From positions 120,001 to 152,000 of the forward strand of contig NZ_CP045921.1 in NCBI RefSeq assembly GCF_025273655.1: a stretch of DNA of 32,000 nucleotides, read 5' to 3'. The first letter of the stretch is position 1; each line of letters begins with the position of its first letter. This DNA comes from Candidatus Saccharimonadota bacterium (GTDB taxonomy: Bacteria > Patescibacteriota > Saccharimonadia > Saccharimonadales > Saccharimonadaceae). The notes below the pieces were generated by a model that was not told the DNA's origin, did no database searches, and worked only from the letters and a program-made list of their open reading frames with translations. The position numbers and the translations under genes were made by a program. Shown piece after piece: positions 23,402 through 30,254 of this stretch.

Positions 23402-23531
23402 AAGAGTACTTTCAAAGGGGAAACGACCGAACACTGACCACCCAATCCTCGCATATTTAATACGCATATTACCTAAATGATACAACTCAGCAATCCACGA
23501 AAGTACTTGCTGAAAAGGAGAAACAAACTAT

Positions 23532-25691
23532 ATGGGTCAACGAAGACTCTCAAACGCTCAATCAGATGATCTGAGCAAGCGCCCTGCATCTGGGCAACCA
23601 AAGAAAAAATCTAACATCGCCGCACTGAACCAGACAAGCACACGCAAGGGCGAAGTGTTCCGTGCACAGCGCCGCACTAGCGAAAACGTCAATGTCCGCG
23701 CCAGCCAGCACATGATCGATGTGCCAGTGAACAAATCTATCTACAACGGCTACGACGGTCGCCAGTTTAGCACAGCTGAGTGGAAGCGCCAGCCCCGTAC
23801 CAAAGGTCCAGTGCTCAAGGTGATGCCTATCGGTGGTCTCGGCGAGATGGGTATCGGCAAAAACATGATGGCGATCGAATACGACAACGACATTATCGTG
23901 GTGGACTGTGGCTTCTTGTTCCCAGGCAGCGACTACCCGGGCATCAACTACATCACCCCGGATATCACCTATCTGCTCGAAAACAAGCACAAGGTGCGCG
24001 CTTGGGTGTTCACTCATGGTCACCTCGATCATATCGGTGCCTTCCGTCACATTATTCATCAGCTGCCTGCACCTGTGTATGGTAGTAAATTCACGCTGGC
24101 CATGGTCAAACGCACTATGGAAGAGGCCACAAGTGGCTACGAACCTGCGTACAACGAGATGGATCCAGAATCACATGAGCGCGTGCAAATCGGCGATAGC
24201 TTCAATATCGAGCTTGTCCGAGTGAATCACTCCATTCCAGATGCGACTGCTGTCGTGATCCGCACTCCTATGGGTGTCCTAGTCGACACTGGTGACTGGC
24301 GTTTCGAAGAAAATCCTGTCGATGGCAAGAAGTTCGATCTGGAACGCCTGACAGAAATCAGTGCCAAAGAAGGCATCCTGATGCTTATGAACGAGTCGAC
24401 CAACTGCGAAAGCGAAGGTACGCACAATCACGGTGAGCCGGAGATCCAAGCGAGCCTCGGCCAGGTGATGGAGAAGTATCCAAGCAATCGCCTCATCATC
24501 AGCTGCTTTAGCTCGCAGCTTCACCGTATGCAGGGTATTTTGGACGAGGCAAAGAAGAGCGGTCGCAAAGTCGCTTTCGCCGGTTATAGTATGATCCAGA
24601 ACGTCGAAGTAGGCCTACGCACCGGTGTGATCAAAGTGCCAAAAGACGTGGTAGTGAAGATGGAAGACATCGTGAAGATGCCCGATGGCAAAGTTACCAT
24701 CGTCTGTACTGGTAGCCAGGGCGAGTTCAACGCTGTGCTCAACCGTATGGCATCTGGTGCTCACAAACACATCAAGATCAAAAACAGCGACGTCGTCGTC
24801 TTTAGCTCCAACCCGATTCCGGGCAACGAGAAGTATGTGGTACGCACAGTCGATGGTCTCATGCGCGAGGGTAGTGACGTGGTGCAAAACGGCAAATCAC
24901 ACCTTACTGGCGTCGGCCCACTCCATCTTAGTGGTCATGGCTACTACGATGATCACGTCAAACTTATCAGTGCGTTGAACCCTACGTACTACATGCCAAT
25001 TCATGGTGAATTTCATATGCTGGTGCATAATGCCGAGCTGGCTGAGAAAGAATGCGCCATCCCACGCAGCAATATCTTTGTTTGCGACAGTGGCGATGTT
25101 ATCGAAATTACTGCCGATGGTGCCAAGAAAAACGGCCGTATCCCGGTCGGTGGCATCATGTACGATGACAGCGGCGCAGTCGTATCGGAAGTAGTCCTCA
25201 AAGACCGTATTCATATGTCTCAGGAAGGTATGTTTGTGGTGGTGCTAACAGTGCACAAGGGAAGCGGTCGCTTGCTCACAAGCCCGGATATCATCAGCCG
25301 CGGCTTTATCTACCTGCGCGATAGCGAGGAGCTGATGAATTTGATGCGTCAGTATTTGAAGCAAAAAGTGCAGCGCAGCTTCGGTGGCAGGCGCCCTGAT
25401 ATGGATCAGCTGAAGAAGGAGCTGAAAGACGAAATTACACACCTCCTCTATGACCAGACGCGTCGTACACCGATCGTGATTCCTGTTATCAACGAGATTG
25501 GTGGTGGGGGTGGCCAGCAGCAGGGTGGCGGTAACCGCGATAATCGTCAACAGCGTGGCAATAATCGCCCAGCGACCGACGGTCAAGTGAAGCCATTTGC
25601 GGCGCCAGCAGCCAAGAAGTTTCCGCCAAAGCAAGTGCCAGACAGCGATGCAATCGAGCCTCGCGCCAAGGCTGATACGCGCGGCTACTAG
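23532..25691 (+). CDS. rnj: Ribonuclease J with N- and C-terminal low-complexity extensions
   Basis: 719 aa. Metallo-beta-lactamase motif THGHLDHIG, beta-CASP region, and collinearity with B. subtilis RNase J1 from MPIGGLGEMG onward. SD AAGGAG. Confidence 0.95.
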   Translation: MGQRRLSNAQSDDLSKRPASGQPKKKSNIAALNQTSTRKGEVFRAQRRTSENVNVRASQHMIDVPVNKSIYNGYDGRQFSTAEWKRQPRTKGPVLKVMPIGGLGEMGIGKNMMAIEYDNDIIVVDCGFLFPGSDYPGINYITPDITYLLENKHKVRAWVFTHGHLDHIGAFRHIIHQLPAPVYGSKFTLAMVKRTMEEATSGYEPAYNEMDPESHERVQIGDSFNIELVRVNHSIPDATAVVIRTPMGVLVDTGDWRFEENPVDGKKFDLERLTEISAKEGILMLMNESTNCESEGTHNHGEPEIQASLGQVMEKYPSNRLIISCFSSQLHRMQGILDEAKKSGRKVAFAGYSMIQNVEVGLRTGVIKVPKDVVVKMEDIVKMPDGKVTIVCTGSQGEFNAVLNRMASGAHKHIKIKNSDVVVFSSNPIPGNEKYVVRTVDGLMREGSDVVQNGKSHLTGVGPLHLSGHGYYDDHVKLISALNPTYYMPIHGEFHMLVHNAELAEKECAIPRSNIFVCDSGDVIEITADGAKKNGRIPVGGIMYDDSGAVVSEVVLKDRIHMSQEGMFVVVLTVHKGSGRLLTSPDIISRGFIYLRDSEELMNLMRQYLKQKVQRSFGGRRPDMDQLKKELKDEITHLLYDQTRRTPIVIPVINEIGGGGGQQQGGGNRDNRQQRGNNRPATDGQVKPFAAPAAKKFPPKQVPDSDAIEPRAKADTRGY

Positions 25692-25708
25692 CCTTAGGTT
25701 TGCATACC

Positions 25709-25745
25709 AAATACATCGAGCAATGCTCGGTGTATTGACTTATTA
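25709..25745 (+). terminator. Hairpin terminator after rnj
   Basis: aatacatcgagc-aat-gctcggtgtatt (12 bp including one G-U), followed by a U-rich gacttattat. Confidence 0.5.
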
Positions 25746-25798
25746 TAATGTTTATGCTATTATTAAATTATAGTAACAATCAAATACAAACAGATAAC

Positions 25799-26104
25799 AT
25801 GATAGAAATTCTTTACTCACTGGCCGGTTCTGTCGCTCTGGTGGCGAGCGGCTCCCAAGTGCGCCAGCTCATTCGCAGCGGTCGCTCAGACGAACTAAGT
25901 GTAGCCACTTGGTCGCTGTGGTGTGGCACACAGCTCGTATCGCTTGTATATATGATTTCGATTCATCAGCCGCTACTTATCGTATTCAACGGTCTATGGG
26001 CGACACTGTATGCGCTGATGGTGGGGCTCATATTGTACTATCGTCGTTATCCACGCCAAGTCATAGATCTTGATTCTGTTAGGCTGCCAGAAGAAGCTTC
26101 ATAA
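25799..26104 (+). CDS. Small 3-TM membrane protein, PQ-loop/SemiSWEET-like
   Basis: 101 aa from ATG 25799. Three hydrophobic helices. TM1 is followed by GSQVRQLIRSGRSDELSV, where PQ-loop proteins carry PQ....k..s..g.S. The start is uncertain (the track ORF starts at 25748). Confidence 0.5.
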   Translation: MIEILYSLAGSVALVASGSQVRQLIRSGRSDELSVATWSLWCGTQLVSLVYMISIHQPLLIVFNGLWATLYALMVGLILYYRRYPRQVIDLDSVRLPEEAS

Positions 26105-26109
26105 AGTAA

Positions 26110-26144
26110 ACTCACCCCGCTCTCTATCTACGAGCGGGGTGAGT
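26110..26144. terminator. 13-bp perfect hairpin between convergent genes
   Basis: actcaccccgctc-tctatctac-gagcggggtgagt. Confidence 0.55.
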
Positions 26145-26162
26145 TCGTAGGTGGCGGGGTGC

Positions 26163-26579
26163 TTAGTCCTGATAGAGCTGGACGGAGATGACCTGCTGGA
26201 GCGCACCGAGTTCGAACGATATATCGGTGCCGTCGAGTACTGCGCAGACTGCCTCGCCGACTGCTAGCGGCGCCGAACGAGCTCGCCAAGTGCCGACGAC
26301 GAGTATGGGCACATCGTGACAGTTCTCGAGGAACTTGCGTATTCGTGCACGTACCTCTGGTTGAAGTGGGTGCGCTCCGCTTGCAGCTGTCTCGAGGGCA
26401 AACATATGCAGGAGGTCCCATTGATTACCAGTTGGGTAGACCGTCTGAAGTGCGAAGAATAGTTCGCCGTTCTTGGCTTGACGAGATTCGAGTATGAGTC
26501 GTCCTCTCTCTGTAGTTTGTACTATGAGACGATGCACATCGCACGGGTGGATGTCATCATGATGGTTACTAGGTGTCAT
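26163..26579 (-). CDS. Hypothetical protein
   Basis: 138 aa. SD AAGGA upstream. No recognisable domain. Confidence 0.6.
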   Translation of the reverse strand: MTPSNHHDDIHPCDVHRLIVQTTERGRLILESRQAKNGELFFALQTVYPTGNQWDLLHMFALETAASGAHPLQPEVRARIRKFLENCHDVPILVVGTWRARSAPLAVGEAVCAVLDGTDISFELGALQQVISVQLYQD

Positions 26580-26652
26580 GTCCTATCCTTTTGGTTGTCG
26601 GGACGTACCTGTAGAGTAGGTGGTGATGCGCTAAGATGCAACCATAAGAAGC

Positions 26653-26681
26653 TTGCAAATTGTGGTATTTTGTGCTACAAT
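26653..26681 (+). promoter_or_regulatory. Candidate distal ftsK promoter TTGCAA-17-TGcTACAAT
   Basis: -35 at 26653-26658 and TACAAT at 26676-26681, with the TG motif at 26673-26674. Confidence 0.45.
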
Positions 26682-26753
26682 ACAAACATTCGCCGCAGAG
26701 TAGCGTAGGAAATAACACCACGTCCACCTGCACGAAACCGACAAAAACAGTAG

Positions 26754-26759
26754 TATACT
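26754..26759 (+). promoter_or_regulatory. TATACT -10 box (within palindrome TAGTATACTA), 7 nt upstream of the ftsK ATG
   Basis: cagTAGTATACTAgagctaATG. Confidence 0.4.
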
Positions 26760-26766
26760 AGAGCTA

Positions 26767-29052
26767 ATGGCAAAAAAGAAGAAAACCACTAGGGGTAAAA
26801 AAGCTGCACCGTCCAAGCCACAACACATGTTGCCGGCTGGTTTTTGGGCGCAAGTTGGCGCCGTAGCGCTCATCGTCGTTTCGATACTCTATATTGTGGC
26901 GTGGTTTGGCGCGGGCGGGCCGGTGCTCGATTGGGTGCAAGCGATGAGCCTGGAGTTTATCGGTTATGCGGTCTATGTGCTGCCAATCTTATTTACGTAC
27001 CTGGCTGTGGAGACTTTCCGCGCTAGTAACAACAAACTGGCGCTCATGACCAAACTTTCAACTGCACTTCTGGTAGTGTGGTGTGCCGGTCTCTTTGGGC
27101 TTATGCAAGATGGTTCAGGTAATGCTACTGGTGGCTGGGTGGGCGCTACACTCAATGATAATGTCATGCTGCCGATGGTGAGCCCGACCGTAGCAGGGTT
27201 TATCTATGTGGTTCTCATCGTTATCACCGTGCTATTTGTACTGCGCGTGTCGCCGTTTACTGTTATCAGTCGTGTCTGGGGTTGGATTAGTACCAATATG
27301 CGCGAAGAAGAGCGTACCAACAAAGAGGTGATCAAAAAAGCAAATGCAGAAGAAGCGACCAAAAGCACTGGTATTCGCTTGAAGTTTGGTGGCAGTGAAA
27401 AAGACAAAAAAGACGAAGACAAATCGAACGATATCGCCGAGCTCAAACTCAAAGGTATGGTGACAGCCGATGCCGAGGAAGAGAAACCAAAACCACGCCT
27501 GTCGAGCCTACGTGGTAGTGTCCAGCAGGACAAGGTTGCCGAGGAGAAGCAGGCACTAGTAGCTGTTAACGACCCGAACTGGCAGGCACCAAGTCTCGAT
27601 CTACTAGAAAAGAAGCAGAAACCAGCCGATCCAGGTGATGTCCAGCAGAGTGCTCAGACGATCAAAGATACTTTGAGCGAGTTCAACATCGATGTGGAGA
27701 TGGAAGGTGCCAATGTCGGACCAAAGGTGACGCAATATACACTCAAGCCGCCAAGTGGTGTCAAACTGACCCGTATTACGGCATTGGAGACCAATATCGC
27801 ACTCAATCTGGCTGCGCAGAGTTTGCGTATGGAAGCGCCAATTCCTGGTCAAAAAGCTGTGGGCATTGAAGTGCCAAACTTGCGTGCGGCCGACGTGCGT
27901 TTGTACGGCATTCTGGAATCCAAGCAGTGGAAGACGAGTACCCAGCCGCTCAGTTTTGCGATAGGTAAGGATATCTCTGGTCATGCCGTAGTCGGCGAGC
28001 TCAACAAGATGCCCCACTTGCTGATTGCCGGTCAGACGGGCTCTGGTAAATCTGTGATGATCAATACGCTTCTGACGAGCTTGCTCTACCGCAATAGTCC
28101 GAGCCAGATGAAGCTGATTTTGGTGGATCCGAAGCAGGTCGAGATGGCACCGTACGAAGACATTCCGCATCTGCTGACACCAGTGATCAACGAGCCTGAA
28201 AAGACCGTAAGTGCACTCAAATGGGCTGTCAATGAGATGGAGCGCCGCTACAAATTGCTGGCCGAAGAAAAGGTGCGTGAGATAGAGAGTTACAATAAGC
28301 GTTTGGCGCAGCGTGGTCGCAAAATCTCCGTCGAAGACGAAGAAGGTAATATGCAGGAGCACGAAGAGGGCACAATGCCGTACATCGTAATCGTAATCGA
28401 CGAGCTGGCTGACCTGATGATGCTGGCAGCTCGCGATGTAGAGGCGCTGATCGTGCGCCTAGCGCAGAAGGCTCGTGCTGTTGGTATCCACCTGGTATTG
28501 GCGACGCAGCGTCCGAGTGTCAATGTCATCACCGGCCTTATCAAAGCCAACGTACCGGCGCGTATCGCCTTTACAGTGGCGAGTCAGGTGGACAGCCGTA
28601 CGATTCTGGATGTGATGGGCGCCGAGAAGCTGCTCGGCCAGGGTGATATGCTCATGAAGACTGCTCAGATGGGCAAACCGAAGCGCGTGCAGGGCGCGTG
28701 GGTGACGGATGAAGAGGTGCTCAAGATTACCGATCATCTGCGCATGCAGAGCGCACCGCAGTATAACGACGAGATTGTGGCGCAGCCCGTGCAGCTCAAC
28801 GGCAAGGGTGGTGTGGTGATGGATTTCGACAGTGACGGTACTGATGATATGTACAAAGATGCCGTGCGCGTGGTGGTAGAGAGTAAAAAGGCGAGCACGA
28901 GCTTGCTGCAGCGTCGTCTACGTATTGGCTACGCACGCGCTGCTCGTGTGATCGAAGAGCTCGAGGAACAAGGCGTAATCGGACCGGCTGACGGTGCCCG
29001 TCCTCGCGAGGTGCTGATTAGTAGTCTTGACGACCTTAACAGTGGTGAATAA
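26767..29052 (+). CDS. ftsK: DNA translocase FtsK/SpoIIIE
   Basis: 761 aa. N-terminal TM helices and a charged linker. Motor domain with Walker A GQTGSGKS and Walker B VIVIDELAD. C-terminal gamma winged-helix LLQRRLRIGYARAARVIEELE. Confidence 0.95.
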   Translation: MAKKKKTTRGKKAAPSKPQHMLPAGFWAQVGAVALIVVSILYIVAWFGAGGPVLDWVQAMSLEFIGYAVYVLPILFTYLAVETFRASNNKLALMTKLSTALLVVWCAGLFGLMQDGSGNATGGWVGATLNDNVMLPMVSPTVAGFIYVVLIVITVLFVLRVSPFTVISRVWGWISTNMREEERTNKEVIKKANAEEATKSTGIRLKFGGSEKDKKDEDKSNDIAELKLKGMVTADAEEEKPKPRLSSLRGSVQQDKVAEEKQALVAVNDPNWQAPSLDLLEKKQKPADPGDVQQSAQTIKDTLSEFNIDVEMEGANVGPKVTQYTLKPPSGVKLTRITALETNIALNLAAQSLRMEAPIPGQKAVGIEVPNLRAADVRLYGILESKQWKTSTQPLSFAIGKDISGHAVVGELNKMPHLLIAGQTGSGKSVMINTLLTSLLYRNSPSQMKLILVDPKQVEMAPYEDIPHLLTPVINEPEKTVSALKWAVNEMERRYKLLAEEKVREIESYNKRLAQRGRKISVEDEEGNMQEHEEGTMPYIVIVIDELADLMMLAARDVEALIVRLAQKARAVGIHLVLATQRPSVNVITGLIKANVPARIAFTVASQVDSRTILDVMGAEKLLGQGDMLMKTAQMGKPKRVQGAWVTDEEVLKITDHLRMQSAPQYNDEIVAQPVQLNGKGGVVMDFDSDGTDDMYKDAVRVVVESKKASTSLLQRRLRIGYARAARVIEELEEQGVIGPADGARPREVLISSLDDLNSGE

Positions 29053-29064
29053 GCATTAAGGTAA

Positions 29065-29093
29065 TTGACAAAATAATATCTTTGGTGTATAAT
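29065..29093 (+). promoter_or_regulatory. Consensus sigma70 promoter TTGACA-17-TATAAT
   Basis: TTGACA 29065-29070 and TATAAT 29088-29093, preceded by TG. It predicts a leader of about 100 nt before ATG 29200. Confidence 0.65.
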
Positions 29094-29199
29094 ATATACA
29101 TCTCGACTCGAGAGGCATCTTCGCCTCCGGGCTAGGGTGTTTTTTGAGAGTTTTAGCTAGATTCAGGCAATAGCAACATACCTCGACCAGGGAGTTTTC

Positions 29200-30159
29200 A
29201 TGTCGTTTGTTTCGAAGACCTACAACAATATCGCCGACGCGAAGTTGGTTGACAAGGACTTCATGGAGGGCAAGTACGTTCTCTTGACCGGTGTCGCTGA
29301 TCCGAAGGGGTTAGGCGCGCAACTGCTCAACTTTTTCTGTGAGATGAGGATTGCGGGTGCAATTCTCATCGACATCGACGAGCGTGTCGCCAACGGTGAA
29401 CTCGTTGCCAAGTGTGTTGGGATGGGCGTGAAGGATGTCTTCACGGCTCAGGCCGACGTCACGGACGATGCTTCGATGGCCGATTTGGCACCGGCAATCG
29501 CAGGTTTCCTTGCCGGCAACAAGTTGTCTTATGTGATGGCGGGGGCAGGGTATTTCGCCCCCTCGACTGCCATGTATTTAGATATGGAAGCCTTCGCCAG
29601 GGCGATGGACGTGACCGTCAAAGGCACGTCATATACGTTCCAACTGGCTGAGTCGTTCGCCGCTGATCAATGCATCTTCATCGGTGCGGGTTCGGCGGCG
29701 AGCGACGCGTGCTTTGTCGACATGACCATCTACAATGTGGCGAAGGCAGCACTCGAGGCATACATCAACTCGCTGAAAGGCGAGTATGCTGGCACCGGAT
29801 GGGAGTTCCATTGCATGAAGTTTGCACAAGTCGAGGGCACCCAGCTCTCACAGTGGTTCTCCAAGTTGGAGTTCGCACGGACGTTGCTCGCACGCAATAA
29901 GCGTGCGGCGCGCGTACTCAACCGGCACGCATCGGCACGACCTGCAATCCGTAGCCTTGTCCAGATGGGGCGCGGTGGCATGTACGCTGAGCTGTATCGG
30001 CAGTACCCGAAGTCTCGGGTGGTGCCGCTTGCCACTCTGCCTACCGTGGCTCGGCCGGTAATTCGTAAACTCATTGGCTCGATCTCGGAAGACGATCGAG
30101 TGATGATGCGACTCGACGCTGAGCGTGAGACGGGTCGCGTGTCTGGGCTGCTGCAGTAA
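29200..30159 (+). CDS. SDR-superfamily oxidoreductase (FabI-like N-terminus) with Arg-rich C-terminal extension
   Basis: 319 aa. GKYVLLTGVADPKGLGAQL Rossmann motif and YNVAKAALEAY catalytic YxxxK. About 110 aa of C-terminal region has no recognisable match. SD AGGGAG. Confidence 0.7.
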   Translation: MSFVSKTYNNIADAKLVDKDFMEGKYVLLTGVADPKGLGAQLLNFFCEMRIAGAILIDIDERVANGELVAKCVGMGVKDVFTAQADVTDDASMADLAPAIAGFLAGNKLSYVMAGAGYFAPSTAMYLDMEAFARAMDVTVKGTSYTFQLAESFAADQCIFIGAGSAASDACFVDMTIYNVAKAALEAYINSLKGEYAGTGWEFHCMKFAQVEGTQLSQWFSKLEFARTLLARNKRAARVLNRHASARPAIRSLVQMGRGGMYAELYRQYPKSRVVPLATLPTVARPVIRKLIGSISEDDRVMMRLDAERETGRVSGLLQ

Positions 30160-30196
30160 CACTAGCGGACTCTCTGGAGAGCTCGTCGACTAGGAA

Positions 30197-30245
30197 CTCG
30201 CCAACGTATTGTTGGGATGAGCGGCCTAGTTGGCGAGCTCCTTTT
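30197..30245. terminator. Hairpin between the convergent SDR and SGNH genes
   Basis: ctcgccaac ... gttggcgag (9-bp stem, 23-nt loop), followed by ctccttttc. Confidence 0.4.
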
Positions 30246-30254
30246 CGTATCTGC

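Noticed and set aside
27604-28362. 252-aa ORF on the minus strand inside ftsK
   Set aside because: The opposite strand encodes the unmistakable FtsK motor (GQTGSGKS, VIVIDELAD). The antisense ORF is H/R/L-rich low-information sequence with no SD or promoter context. It is a shadow ORF.
29100-29160. Possible small RNA or intrinsic attenuator right after the consensus promoter
   Set aside because: Only a 5-bp stem (gaggc/gcctc) precedes the U-tract, and 11 unpaired nt separate them. This is too weak to call a terminator or sRNA from sequence alone. It is mentioned only as part of the SDR-cassette finding.
29220-30162. Eight overlapping ORFs of 66-114 aa on both strands across the SDR gene
   Set aside because: All are shorter than, and nested in, the 319-aa frame that carries the Rossmann and YxxxK motifs. 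Their abundance reflects the locally higher GC, not coding.
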